Origin: Schmidtea polychroa
Taxonomy: Eukaryota
DNA length: 64,000 bases
Assembly (NCBI GenBank): GCA_044892525.1
Contig: CM097886.1
Location: 103,230,001-103,294,000 of the forward strand
Direction: 5' to 3'
Shown: positions 26,570 to 39,901 of the stretch, in pieces
How positions within the stretch are numbered: the stretch's first letter is position 1
Layout of the letters: each line of letters opens with the position of its first letter
Notes under the pieces: generated by a model
Seen by the model: the letters and a program-made list of their open reading frames with translations, nothing else
Database searches by the model: none
Told to the model about the DNA's origin: nothing
Position numbers and translations under genes: made by a program

Positions 26570-26955
26570 ATGAAATCAATAGGTAATGCCAATATATTTA
26601 AAACAAGGTGCAAATCTGTAAAATCAGCAAACATTTTTAGGAATAAATCTCAAACTCCAATCGGTTTAGTGTTTGATCTAGCGTATACGTTTATATGTAA
26701 TTGTTGTAATGCCACTTACATTTCAGAGACCTCCCATCCTCTCCGCACACTGGTTCAAGAACATAGCCGATAAAAATGCGTGAATCATATTATTTAACAT
26801 AGAAAAATGTGTAAAGGGGTAAATATTTTAAAGTTTTATGAAAAAACTTTAATAATAAGAGGAGGGGAGGGAATTTTATGTGAGGCATTTGTGATTAAAT
26901 CACAATCCCTTACAAATAACATTCAATCAGTAATGAAATTGTTGAGTATTTAATT
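26570..26955 (+). pseudogene. Penelope-like GIY-YIG endonuclease remnant
   Basis: KSQTPIGLVFDLAYTFICNCCNATYISETSHPLRTLVQEH (VY.F.C..C...YIGET.R.L..R..EH) followed by LCEAFVIKSQS...NIQ. Stops present. Confidence 0.75.
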
Positions 26956-29284
26956 AAATCATAGTTATTACATCATTATTGTTTCTATATACAGTGTATT
27001 ATTCTATATTCGTGTTACATATGTTATATTCGTGTTGGTGAGTGTGTGTGTGTAGGAGGAAATTTGGAGAGCCGTTAGAGTCACTGTTAAAAATGTGGCG
27101 GGACAATCGGGTGCGTATTTTGTAGGGATTTTTTACAATGAATAGTTCAAATAAAATAATGACAGTAATATTATGAAATCACAATAAAAATATTAAAATA
27201 TAATTAGTCAAATGAACAAACTAACGATTTGAAAAACCAACTTTATTTAATTAAAATTTGAAAAACCTTAGGGATTGAGCGAATGTTTATTTTGTTTATT
27301 TCGAAGAGTCTGCTCTCATAAATTAGTTCGAAAATTTTCTTTGTTGTTTGGAAAGAATCTCTGGCGATAAGACAAATACAATGGAATAAGTATCTTCTGG
27401 ATTGTTGAGATGTGATAGGGTTTTATTTTCTTTATTGAATTTTTTATTTGTCATCAATATTTGTATTGCGATAATTTACTACGGTAAATTATCGCTATAT
27501 AGCCGTTTTATTTCTTTTCCAATCGCGATATACGATCAATGAAATAAGAAGGCGTCGTGAAACCTTGTTTAAAAATAAATGAAATATATAACTGTACATA
27601 TATATATATTTTATTTTTTGTTATATGCATGTTTCTAATTAATCCAAAAGAATTTTTATTGAATAATTTGTGCATTAAAAATTTTGAAACTACTTTCTGT
27701 GGCAAAATATGACTTTTGAATATTTCATTTCGTTTTTTTTTATTTTTCATATATCAAACTTAATAATTTATGTCAAAATAATGTATAACTTCCGGTTCAT
27801 TTACTCTCTAATTAATTATCAGCAATCAAAATTGGGAGCACCTGACAGACGTAGAATATATTTAAAATAAATACAAAATTCCACATTATTAAGTAATCAT
27901 GTAGTAAAAATGTTACAAAAGTTTTCATAAGTTATTGAAAATTTGACGCAATTGTTCCGTAAATTTATCATTTTGAGAAAATAATTTAAACCAATTTCCA
28001 CAATTTAAACAAAATAGTTTTCATTTTTATATATAATTCATAAATTCAAATGTAACAGAATCTCAGACGGTAATTTAACTTCAGAAAAATTTCTTTTGAA
28101 AAAAATCATTGAAGCAAACCGTTCAGGTAGATATTTCACACATATAAACTATTTTAATTCCACTAGATTTGATAAAAATTATATTAATCTCTTTGATAAA
28201 AATAGAAGATATCTTTGATGAATTTTATCTTGTTAAAAGAATGGCTTACTGACATTTGATTTCCCGTTTGCTTTTGTCATATTTATTTCCAGCCTGCTTT
28301 CTAATTCTAAAGTATCTTTGAGCCATTTTAAAACTTTTCATCAAATATCTTTTTATTAAAATCTTTAAAAATATAGATTGTAATCGAAACGGTATTTTGT
28401 CATTAAGAAAAATTAAATTTGTTGGAGTTATTTAAATTAATTTAAGAGGTAGAGATAATTGTGTGCAGAGCTAATAAAATACAAAGTTTAACACAGAAAC
28501 TCGAAAATAAAATTGAAATTAAAAAAATTAATTAAAATTATATAAATTAAAACTGATATTTTTCGAGAGGAAAAAAAATATGAGCAGGTAACAAATGAAA
28601 TGATGAATACGAATACAATAATTTTAAATTGATTAAGTGTCCCTAAACAATGATATTAAAGAAATAAAAACTAATTAATTGATAAATTGAAGCCGAATTT
28701 GAGACTTCTATTTTTGAGACTCCAAGTTTCGTTGGGAATCAATCAGTATATTAACTATAATTTATGGTTTACCCCAATAAGGGCGCGGCAAAAACAGTGC
28801 AAACAATAACCACCACACCAAAAACGATTAATTCCTAAGAGCAAACGAAGGTCCAAAGCTTAAACTACTAAAAATAAACCTATCACAACGAATAGAACGT
28901 CTACCTTATAACAAAATTATTTAAATTACACCACACATGAACACATAATGGAGGTGTAGCAAGTAATTTACCTAATTGCGTCATTATAAAGTTTATTGTT
29001 AACAAATTCTTTTCTATTTATATCACAGCACAGCAGCAGAGGCAAGGTAGAGGTTTACATGTACAACAAATCTGAGGTCTGAAACAGTGCATGTCTATTT
29101 CTCATAAACAAATTGATCATTTATGTTATTATTTTTTAATGTACGTCAAACTCCCCTGATATATACTCTATAATACAAGTTGATGCGCAAATTAACACGA
29201 TGAATTTGTTTTTATAAATTACTCAATTGCAGTTATTTTATTATTTATTTTTCTATATTTTCAGAAGATTATTGATTTTATTTA

Positions 29285-29672
29285 TTGAATTCAATTTGAA
29301 GCAAGTTAGATCTCTTAGAAGCTGCTAGAACATTTTCTTAATTATTTTTTAAATGAGGTTCAAAAGATAACGTCATAATTCCAAGTATTTATTTAATGAA
29401 ATATTGTATAATTTTCAAACAAATTTTCAGCGTTGAATAAAATATTTTCAAAACCATTTATTAAAATTTCGATATTTAAAATATATTTATTTAAAAATTA
29501 TTTACTGATAAAACTTATTTTTAAAAAACTTTATTTAAAATTTGTCTTTAATAAAATCTCTTTTCAATTTAAAAATTACTATAAAACTTATTTTATTAGT
29601 CCATTATTTTTCATTTAAAATTATCATAATAAATCATTGAAATATTCAAATCTCAGCTGAAAACACCTCACA
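29285..29672 (-). repeat. LTR copy (probable solo LTR) of the 2870-3235 family
   Basis: Collinear similarity ending in CTCAGCTGAAAACACCTCACA exactly at the LTR TG boundary. No pol sequence or PPT adjacent. Confidence 0.75.
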
Positions 29673-30064
29673 AGATCAATTATTAAAAAAACAAATTAAT
29701 CTGTCCATAAATATGTATTTTTTAAACATTTCGAAAAAAATATACGAATATGTACAAAATACATGTATTTTAAATGTGTTGTGTTTGTTTGCAGTATTTA
29801 ATTTTTCTATCAATTTTTATAGTGTAGAATGTATTTCATTGCGTCCGCTAAGAATAAGTAATAATGTATCTATATTATAAAGTTATTGATCTTTTTCTTA
29901 TATTATTGGTGTTTATTGGTGAATTTTGCTGTAGCTACTATTATTATGATAAGATGTGCATCCTCCAAATATAATGAATGATTTTTTGATGTGTTTAGGT
30001 GCAATAAATATAATTTTTCATTAATTAATATTTTTATATTTTACAAAGATTTCAGGATTCTAAT

Positions 30065-30370
30065 ATGACTAAAAAAAGTGGAGCAGAATATAGAAAATAT
30101 AAAAAAAAGAGGAAATATTCTAAACATGTAGCAGTTGGAAAATAGATTTCTAAAGTAGAAACTGCATTAGAATAATCATCAAAACAGACTACACAATTGT
30201 CAAATCAATCTGAAGATGGTGCAACAGAAGTCGATAGTGAGCGTTAATGGTTGAGTAGCAGCAAGAATGAAATATTGATTGAACACCTGACCAAAATTTA
30301 ACAGACATCATGACACCAATACAAACCGATACAAATTTGGATTTTCTAGATAAAGGCGGTCACGATATCC
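30065..30370 (+). pseudogene. Possible hAT (Tip100/ZMYM1-like) transposase N-terminal remnant
   Basis: MTKKSGAEYRKYKKKR start resembles this subfamily. The rest is decayed. Confidence 0.3.
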
Positions 30371-30737
30371 TAGAAAAATGAAAATACTACATTAGGTATG
30401 GGTCTCCGTTCACTCAAAGATGTTTCATAAATTGCTACGTTACTCTTTTTGATGGCGCTTGAAACTTGACTAAGTTCTTTGTCTAGATTTCCTTGTTCTT
30501 CTCCGTGTAAGAAGACTTCTTCTTGAACAACATGTTGTCTTCTACTCAGCAACTCAAATAGAAAAGGTCTAAACGTAAATATTTAATACATAACAAATTA
30601 AAGAAACTGTTATTGAGTTTTCATATATTTTATTTATATATAAATTAAGAAATTAATATTATTAAAATTGTTTAAATAAACAGATGTTTTAAAAGAGTAG
30701 ATTTTTGAATTAAAAAGTATTATTCAATTCACTTCAA

Positions 30738-30756
30738 TGGCGTCACGAGCAGGATT
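30738..30756 (+). promoter_or_regulatory. Primer-binding site complementary to a tRNA-Ser 3' end
   Basis: TGGCGTCACGAGCAGGATT one base after the LTR CA. It is the near-exact complement of the animal tRNA-Ser(CGA)-type 3' end AATCCTGTTCGTGACG-CCA (recalled, 1 difference). Confidence 0.75.
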
Positions 30757-31389
30757 ACCACCTATGGATCTCATAAATGCAGACCAATGTGAAACGTGGC
30801 TACTCACATTCAATGCGATAATTAGGATAAACCAATGGACGGATTCCGAAACAAAATTATCAATTACAGACAACTTCAATGCTTTATGCGGGTTCGAGGC
30901 ACTTAACAAAATTCGATCCATTCTATCCCCAAGAAAGAAGCAGATATTTCAAGATACAACAAGAAAAATCCGAAAATATTTCAAATTTCATTGTACGACT
31001 TCGGAAAGGCGCACAATTCTGTGAGTTCGAGAAACTAAAAGAATCAAAAGATCCAGTAGAAGATATGATAAGAATGTCAGTTACAACCAGTCTTTACGAC
31101 GACAAAGCGAAATTATACCTTCTTGAAAAAATAGGACACGGTGAAGTATCAGTGGAACATATTCAAGAGATCATACAAGACATGAAACAGGTCAAGATAT
31201 TCACAACAAATTTCGAGAAAGTAAATGAAGATGAACAAAATATGAATACATTTTATTCACGAAAAGAATTTATTCCAAGAGAGAAATGTAAGTATTGTGG
31301 TTTTGAACATAGACATGGTAAATGCCCTGCATTTGGGAAAAATTGCACCAAATGTGGGAAACTAAATCATTTTTCTGGAGTATGTAGAT

Positions 31390-33134
31390 CAGGGATGGCG
31401 AACCTATGGCACGCGTGCCCAAAGTGGCACGCAGATAAATTTTCGCTGGCACGTATAATATTTTTCATTTTCATACATATGTAATGTACTGACTAATCCA
31501 AATGCATTTTTGATATTGAAAAAATTGTGAACTCAATTCAAATATTAGAAATGCATAAAAATATTAATATTAAAAAAATAAATGATATACGTTCAGCAGA
31601 GCTATTTTCTATATGTCTTGATGAAAGTACCGACGTAACATCTTCAGCTCGCTTGTCCATAATTGCTCGTTATGCTAAAGGAGAAAAAATAGTTGAGGAA
31701 TTGCTTTCACTAGTTTCCTTATCAGCAAAAACAACTGGGAAAGATATTAGTGATGCAGTTATAAAAACGTTTCAAATAGCTGAGATAGATACATCAACAA
31801 TAGTGTCAATTACAACTGATGGAGCTCCCTCAATGATAGGACGGCAAGCTGGTTTTGTATCTCTTTTTCAAGAACACGTTGGGCATCCAATTATTAATTT
31901 TCATTGTATAATTCATCAAGAATTTCTATGTGCGAAGTCTGGATTGGCAGCATTTGATGATATTTTAAGTATTGTTTCCAAAATAATAAATTTTATAGCA
32001 GCTCGAGCTTTGAATAAGCGGCAATTTCAGTTGCTTCTACAAGAGGTAGGTTCAAATTATCATGGATTGTTAATGTATAATCACGTACGCTGGCTTAGTA
32101 GAGGATTTGTGTTACAACGTTTTGTAGAATGTTTTGATGAAATTATCATGTTTCTTAATGATAAAAAAACCGAATTTCCTGAACTTTTTGATAATAACTG
32201 GATCACCAAATTAATGTTTTTAACGGATATTTCCAACCATTTAAATGAATTAAATATTAAATTGCAAGGTCCCGGAAAATCAATTGATGTAATGTTCGAT
32301 ATTATTGAAGGTTTTGAGTCCAAATTAGTAATATTTAAACGCGATATTGACAACAATAATTTTAAGTATTTTCCTTTGTTGAAAGATCACCTTCAAAAAT
32401 TTTCTATTCATGGAGTTTATGAAATTAATATAAATTTTTATAGCCAAGTTATAAGTGACATACAAGACAATGTTGCTAATAGATTTCAAGATTTCAAAAA
32501 ATTTCAACCATTAATTAACTTTATTAAATATCCAGACAAGTTTGATATGGAAACTGCTAAAATTGATCAATTAGACTGGTTACAGTTGGAGAATTTAGAA
32601 ATGCAGTTGGCAGAGTTTCAATCAAGTTCTATTTGGAAGCTGAAATTTATAGAGTTAAGGCAAGAAATAGAAAATAATGAAAAAAAAAGATTAAATGAAG
32701 AAGAATACGAAAACATGAATAATATGTTGTTGAAGACATGGTGTTCGCTCCCAGAAACATTTAATGCGATGAAGAAATTGTCTTTAGCTATTCTAACAAT
32801 ATTTTCATCAACGTATAGCTGTGAAAGTCTATTTTCGATTATGAATAATATAAAATCTGATGTACGAAACAGACTTACCGATGAATGTGGGGAGGCTTGT
32901 ATTTCATTAAAATTGTCAAACTATGATCCGGATATTGATGCATTATCGAGAAATATTCAGCGACAAAAATCCCATTAAAAACATGTCAGCATATTATAGA
33001 AATGAATCTATATATAATTTTTAAAAGCATGTATTTTCATTTAATAAAAATAATTTGTATTGGCACGCATGTATTTTCATTTTATAAAAATAATATTTAT
33101 TGGCACGCAGTCAAAAAAAGGTTCGCCATCCCTG
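31390..33134 (+). mobile_element. Young hAT transposon (GTF2IRD2/SPIN/Buster-like), 1745 bp, inserted just after the gag zinc knuckles
   Basis: Perfect 16-bp TIR CAGGGATGGCGAACCT / AGGTTCGCCATCCCTG and perfect 8-bp TSD ATGTAGAT. Gag-pol resumes in frame after removal (GVCRSSSRSNKPSIYVMDQE). Confidence 0.97.
31527..32978 (+). CDS. hAT transposase, 483-codon open frame lacking the N-terminal zinc finger
   Basis: LDESTD, TTDGAPSM, HCIIH, RWLSRG and STYSCESLFS motifs plus the dimerization tail. First ATG at 31551. Confidence 0.92.
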   Translation: MNSIQILEMHKNINIKKINDIRSAELFSICLDESTDVTSSARLSIIARYAKGEKIVEELLSLVSLSAKTTGKDISDAVIKTFQIAEIDTSTIVSITTDGAPSMIGRQAGFVSLFQEHVGHPIINFHCIIHQEFLCAKSGLAAFDDILSIVSKIINFIAARALNKRQFQLLLQEVGSNYHGLLMYNHVRWLSRGFVLQRFVECFDEIIMFLNDKKTEFPELFDNNWITKLMFLTDISNHLNELNIKLQGPGKSIDVMFDIIEGFESKLVIFKRDIDNNNFKYFPLLKDHLQKFSIHGVYEININFYSQVISDIQDNVANRFQDFKKFQPLINFIKYPDKFDMETAKIDQLDWLQLENLEMQLAEFQSSSIWKLKFIELRQEIENNEKKRLNEEEYENMNNMLLKTWCSLPETFNAMKKLSLAILTIFSSTYSCESLFSIMNNIKSDVRNRLTDECGEACISLKLSNYDPDIDALSRNIQRQKSH

Positions 33135-33595
33135 ATGTAGATCATCAAGTAGATCAAATAAACCGAGTATTTACGTTATGGATCAAGAAATCATAAACTC
33201 AGATATTGGAACAATGATTGCAATTAATTATTGTAGAAAGGAGCTAGTAAATTGCCAAATAAACTCGCACGAGGTGCTTATGAAGGTTGACACGGGTGTA
33301 GATGTATCCATATTATCGTCCAGGATGTGGGAGAATATAAGTAAACCTCAGTTAACCCATTCGCAAGTTAGATTGTCAGCATACAATGGTCATACGATGA
33401 TGTGCCGAGGTCAGTTTCTTGCTGATGTAGAAACTAAAACCAAGCGTCAGGTCATAACATTAACTGTTATTGAATCAGATAAAACATATGGTCTTTTAGG
33501 CAGAGATCTTTTAGAATCAGAAACCACCAATCACAATGTTACGATGAAGAGTACATTTCTTCCCACAATCAAAGGAATTCAAGCCACAATGATAC

Positions 33596-34654
33596 TGTTG
33601 AGGTCTGTAAATTAAAATTAAAAATTTAAATAAAATTTAGGATAATAATTCAAATAGAAAGTAAGCGAAGAAAAAAGACAAATAAAAGCGGGATCGCGCA
33701 CAGAATCAATAGTAAAGGAAAGTGTGATGAAAACAGTATTAGAAAATGCCAAAAGCAATTACGAAAGACGAGAATCCGGAAATCCGAGAAAAATCAATAA
33801 ATGGAAAAATCATCGAAATCGAATGGGAAAAACGGGACAGGTATAGATTAGCTAATGGTCAACAAGATGATGGCTAGAGATTTATCAGAAAATGATTAGG
33901 AAGGGTCGAAAAACATTCAAATGTATGAAAACAGAAAACGTTAATTAATTAATTAATTGGCTAATGGAAAACCCGAGCTAATGGGAAACCCGAGCCAATG
34001 GAGAACCCGAGAGATAAAGGAAACCCGAGCTGGGTAAACAAGAAGAAAGGCAAACAAAAGGAAGATTTGGGCCCATTAGCTTGACACAATGATTAATGGG
34101 AAAAGAGTAAGGAGAAGATAGCGCGCGTAGGAAGACCGGTAGGGCCATTAATTATCTGGATTCGTTGGACCATTATGGGTGACAGCCGAAGCAAACACGT
34201 AGGAGAAAATGTCAAACGAAAGATTGGCTCGGCAATAACCATTTGTCATCCTGATTTCGAGGAGTATATAAGCAAAGGGAAAATCAGAGAAAATCGGCAT
34301 TTTGCCTCAGGTAGGGTAAGAAGATTCGAGAATAGTCGAGAGGTAAAAACGAATTTAGGGAAGTAGGGAAAAGAAGAAATAGAATTAAGAATACGAAAAG
34401 GTGAAAAGGAATCAAACCAAACAGAAACCGAGGAAAACGAGAGTCAAGAGAATCGAAAGGACAAAAAGGTGAATATTATTTGTTTGCAAAGCAACAACGC
34501 CGAACGGAGAATCGTATAAAACTTTGATTGGTAATTGTAGCGTGATAATAAATTGTGAACCTGTTGTTTCAATATACGTTGGGTCGTTCATTGTTTTGAT
34601 TTAAAGAACACAGGAGTCAGAGAGAACCGACTTGAAATAATCCAAAACCCAACA
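33596..34654 (+). mobile_element. Solo LTR (1059 bp) inserted between protease and RT of the Gypsy
   Basis: TGTTGAGG...CCCAACA with TSD ATAC. Removal restores QATMIPIKEARNV. Confidence 0.92.
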
Positions 34655-37600
34655 ATACCAATAAAAGAGGCCAGGAATGTATATATGCATGAACAGTACC
34701 ATTGGCAATGGAAACGAGAATTAACGAGGAATTATCACGTCTTGAGAAAATAGGAGTCATCTCACAATGCAAAGATCAATTAATGAATTGTTCTCCCATA
34801 GTATGGATAAAGAAAGATAATGGAGATTTAAGGATGTTTGTGGATTTTAAAGTTCATATAAACCAGAAAATCAAGACGGAATCATATCCTCTACCCAAGA
34901 TAAAAACTATATTCGCACGCATGAAAAAATGCAAAACGTTTTGCCAAAGTAGACCTGAAATCGGCCTATTGGTAAATCGAGCTTGATAAAGATGCACAAC
35001 AACTATCAATCATTAATACATCAAAAGGCTTATACTATATAAATCGCCTGCAGATGGGCATAAAAAAAGCTTCGGCGATATTACAAAGAACCACAGAGGA
35101 AATTTTATCAGATGATATAAAAGGTATTCTTATATACCAAGATGACGTTCTGGTTTTTGGAGAGAATGATGTTTCGTTAAAAAACGGTTAGACGCAGTCA
35201 AGCAACGCCTAGAAGAAAAGAAAATCACCATAAACAAAAAAATGTCAATTGAATACGTCGATGAAATTACGTTTTTAGGGTTCAATATATCTAGTCGAGG
35301 TATTTAGCCAGATAATAAATTAGTAAGAAAATTACAAGACATCATTGTTCCTACGAATAGGAAAGAAGTAGAAAGCTTTATCGGACTAACAAATTATTTT
35401 GGTAGACTCATTCCCAAATACTCGGACAAAATTGCATCTTTGAACAACATGAGAAAGAAAAATAGTATTTTCGTTTGGACGGTGAAATGTCAGGAAAGCT
35501 TCAACTAACTAAAGAAGGAATTATCCGATCATCCGGCGGTGAAATCGTACTTCCATGAAAAAGAAGTGACTCTGACGACAGACGCATCCTTGAACGCCGT
35601 CGGAGCAGTTCTAACTCGAGAAAGTTACCCACTGATTTATGTTTCCCGAACTCTGAGTCAAGTAAAACGTAATTATTCAAACATAGAAAGAGAAGCCTTA
35701 GCTGTTGTATGGTCATTTCCTTCTATGAAGAAAATTCTTAATTCAGACCGATCATTGTCCGTTAAAATATTTATTTGGAAGTGACAGTGCAATTCCAGAA
35801 CAAATTTCAGCACCGGTAACAAAATGGGAAATACAACTGATGAAAGATGACTATGATATAACATATATTCCGGGAGCACAGATCCCACACGCGAATGCCA
35901 TGTCAAGATTTAAATTCAAAGATGTAGGCAAGGAAAATGTTGATTTCGACACAATGAATGCGCCACAAATTTACAACGTCACATTTTGTAATGTTTTAGA
36001 TCCAAAAGAAATTATAAATGAACTTGAGATTGATGAACGGTTGAAAGGAATTATGCAACGAGTGATAAGTGGAAGATGATCCAAATGCAGTCAATTTGAA
36101 GCACAATTTTAAGAAAATATAAAAGACTCACAATCGACAACAAAATGCCGTATAATGGCACTAGAGTGTTCATTCCCGAGAGACTTCGTGAAAAAGCTTT
36201 TAATTTAATCCACAAGGAAACACACAAAGGAGTGCAAACTTCTTACAGAATGGTGAGCTTATGGCATGGTGGCCAGGTATGACAAACGACATTGAGAAAA
36301 TTGTAAAAAAAAATCCAATCAAGACAGTTCATCGATGGCCCGATGCTAAGCCGTTCGAACCAGTACATCTTGATTGGGCATACGCCAAGGAGGTTGACAA
36401 CATTCTAATTATAGTTGACTCGGGTTCGGGTTGGATCGAAGCCTTTAGAACAAAAGAGAGGACAACATCCGGGATTATCAAATGTCTGAGAACAGCGTTT
36501 ACGCGCTTCGGTATCCTTGAATGTGTCGTAACGGATAACGCACTAAAGTTCACATCAAAAGAATAGATTTTTGAATTAAAACATATTATTCAATTCACTT
36601 CACTATATAAATATTGTTGATACAATTATATAATAAAAATGGCCTACATAACATTTCAAAGTGGTTTGTGCTTATCTTTTTCAATATTTCAGTAGAATAA
36701 ACGTCATTTTACTCATTAAAAGGCAAAAGTTTTCGTGCTACAAGAAATAATTTTTAAGAAAATAAATTCGAAAAGTCGTATATATTTATTATTAATTAGA
36801 TATTTAAAAATATATATGAAATGAGATTTATATGAAAGAGGTGTACATGAATATTTTGCATAAGAGAGGCTGCATGTTATTTCTGTAAGCGAGGAAAATA
36901 ATATAGTTGAACTAATGGAATGAGTAATATTTATCATTTATTAAATTTTTCTTTTATTAAACTGAAATTTCGATAACTAACAATATTTTAATGTTACAAA
37001 ACTATCGTCTATAATATCATTTGTTTCTTTTTGCAAACTGAAATTCTCTCAAAATAGCCGACCCTTTTCAACTTCTTACTAACTAAATGCAATTGAGATG
37101 CAAACAATTAAAATATTTCTCTGAAGCATTAATAGAAGAAAATTTAAATTAACTAATTCATATTAATAATTAATTTTTAAAATTAAATTCCCTTACTTAC
37201 TTTTCATGTAATTTGTTTGAATATTCTAGTGCCGTGGTGGCCAATCCAAATCAATCGAAGAGCCAAATTTTCGGAAAAATACTATCACGGGCCACAATAA
37301 ATTCATTTAAATAAATATAACTCGTTTTTACGATACAAGTAAACTTAGAATCAATTTTTTAAATTAAAAACATGCTTAATTCGAATATGAATTCTAAAAA
37401 AGACAAATTTATCTTGCGGTGACTTCATAAATCTCAAATTTGTGCAAATTATTAATGTTTGAATAAAATTTTAATATTAATTTGAACTGAATTAATATTT
37501 CCATTATGCTACAGTACATAAAATAACAACGCAAGTTTAAGTCAAACAAAAGTAGCTTGATCAAATTAAACGAATAAATAAAACAATAACAAGGAAGACT

Positions 37601-39901
37601 GTTTATTAATATAACAAAATAGTTACAAATTATCGAATTTTCTCCGATATACCTAGCATTAGAGTGATTCGTGTACCTATTATTTTTTAAAATTTCAGGT
37701 TGCTTATAATTTCTATTTGCGATGTCCAATGAAAAATATCTCGAAACCGAAACTATATAGAAAACTGAAAATGAGGCTGACAAATAAACTTGTTGGAATT
37801 ATATCTCATTATATTTAATTGCTTTAAAATTAAATAAACATTTCTCACTGGAAAAAGTGGAAACCGATTGCAATTTAAAATTTGAAGAGGAAAATAATTT
37901 TAAAATAATAGGGGATTTTTAGAAGAAGCTGGAATAATAAAACAATATTTAATTAAAAAATATTTTTATGAAAACAAGTAACAGTATGTATTGAAGATTA
38001 TTTATAATTTTAAATATTCAATTAATCCATTAATTTTTGATACATTTTCCAATTTTATTACAATTTTCTGGTTTATGTATAAGGGGTAATAGTTTGCAAA
38101 AAATATATTGTCCTTTGAATTGATTTTTGTTTTTTCTGAATTTTATCTACTACATAAGTAGATAGATGTGAGGCCTCTGGCACAAAGTGTTCTGATTGGC
38201 GGACGTAAAGTATGACTCATCGGGTAGAGCAAATCTTATACTGTTTTCTGTCGCGGACGGGTTATTTTTTCTTAATCCAAAAACATAAATTTTAATTAGT
38301 AATATTTATTTTAAAGTAACAAATAAACAATATAAAAAAGTTATTAATGTGACAGATTTGCTTGTTTGTGCTATTGTAAATATTTTAACGATTTAAAAAA
38401 AATAAAATTTACAAAAATGTTCTGCGGACCGATCACTATTGACAAGGGAAGGGGTAAATTGTCAAACATTCGTCAGTAGAGATTCAGAGAAGTGCTCATA
38501 TGCGCCGCTTGACACCTTTTTATTTAGTATAGCGAATCAGGTTGGTAATAATAGAAAGGTAGATTTTGAGGAAACATAGACAAGACTAAGTTTTGAGGTG
38601 GTATTAGAAAATTCTTTATTAATTAAAACCAATTTGGGTCAGAATCAAAACTATAGGTAGATTCTTGCTCAAATTTTCGAAGAGCAAACCGAAATAACAT
38701 CAATTATTGTAGAAAATATAGGACAATATTGATGAACTGGGAAATAAGGGTGGATCCCTGCGCAAATTTTTCGAAGATAACATTGAATAACACCCAGTAA
38801 TGAGGGCCATTATTAAATGAATAAATAAGAACAATAGTCTAAGAAAGAATAGATAATGAACAGTGACGTAATACCTTCTATCGGCAGTCCAGAACCCGAA
38901 AATGAAAATACAATGAGTAGTTCTAGCAGTGGAGCTCACCTGCTCATTGATTTTTAGCCATTGCGTACATCACCAACATGGTTGTTACCATGGGTACGCA
39001 GATTGTATAAAGTACAATAATCATGAAAGCGTTTAGGAAGGAGTTGATTCAAAATCCATAAGTAAACCTAGAACATTTAAATGACACTCTAATGCCTCTA
39101 AGCACCAACATATATATGGCATACTATTGAACATTTTAATGCTTTCCTGGGTTGTATTCCTGCATAATATTTTGTATTTCGCTTTTATTTCTAATATTTC
39201 GATTATTATTCAAAACAATTTTCTAAATTTGAAATTCAAATAATATATTTTAATTATTAATAAGTGTTTTTTCAATAGTTTCCATTTCTTTCAACAAAAT
39301 AAGTCAAAAAATATCTTGAATTCTTGTGATTTATTGAAGTTTTAATTAGAACATTTATTATATTTATTCTTCAAGTGAATTATTTGACAAAATTATAGAA
39401 ATTCCTTATTATTTAGCGATCGATTTTTTATAACTACTTTTGTAAGACAAAAAATCTTTTGTTTTAATTCGTCACCTAACCATATTTCACTAGGGAATAA
39501 TTTTATTGACTTTTTTGTTTATTCTAATTAAGATTTAATAAAAGAGAAAAAAGTTATTTGTATAAAATCAACCGAAAAAGAAATATCATAATCTGTCAGT
39601 AGTTCAGCACTGCGTAGAAATGAAATTCAAAATTTAATAGATTAAATATGACAAATTTCTCATAAATATGGAAATTTATTGTCTCTAATTTTTATTTTAG
39701 ATTTATTTATTCGTCATATATTTTTTAATGATGACAAATGCCACATATTGTCAGAGGCACCAATCAATTTTGAGTTTGTGTAATGATTTAAGAAAAATTA
39801 TAAAATTACTAGTTGTTGAAAACCTGGCTTCGCCCGAGTTTACATTTATTATAAAAATTCATTTAAATTATTTTTTTTTAATTTTGGATATTTTAACATA
39901 A

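Larger units (their letters stand above)
30608..36602 (+). mobile_element. Mag-like Ty3/Gypsy retrotransposon (gag-PR-RT-RH-IN), pseudogenized, with two nested insertions
   Basis: Gag with CKYCGFEHRHGKC and CTKCGKLNHFSGVC knuckles; protease VDTG (33178-33615); RT YQDD (35135-35146); RNase H TDAS...YSNIEREALA; integrase HLDW...DNA. The LTR 3' end 30691-30736 matches 36557-36602 (43/46 nt). The LTR start at 30608 is tentative. Confidence 0.9.

Noticed and set aside
1950-28400. Scattered candidate host exons on the minus strand (about 2000-2400, 6700-7000, 14300-14700, 24100-24700, 27300-28400)
   Set aside because: Some GT-AG mini-intron patterns exist, but I could not chain them into a stop-free recognizable protein.
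32081-32507. Minus-strand ORFs 32081-32356 and 32325-32507; likewise 30724-30921, 36329-36553, 53737-53946 and 56719-56913
   Set aside because: Antisense shadows of the transposase, gag-pol or MUT exons.
38440-39170. Higher-GC coding-looking block
   Set aside because: Stops in all frames and no recognizable motif; left unassigned.
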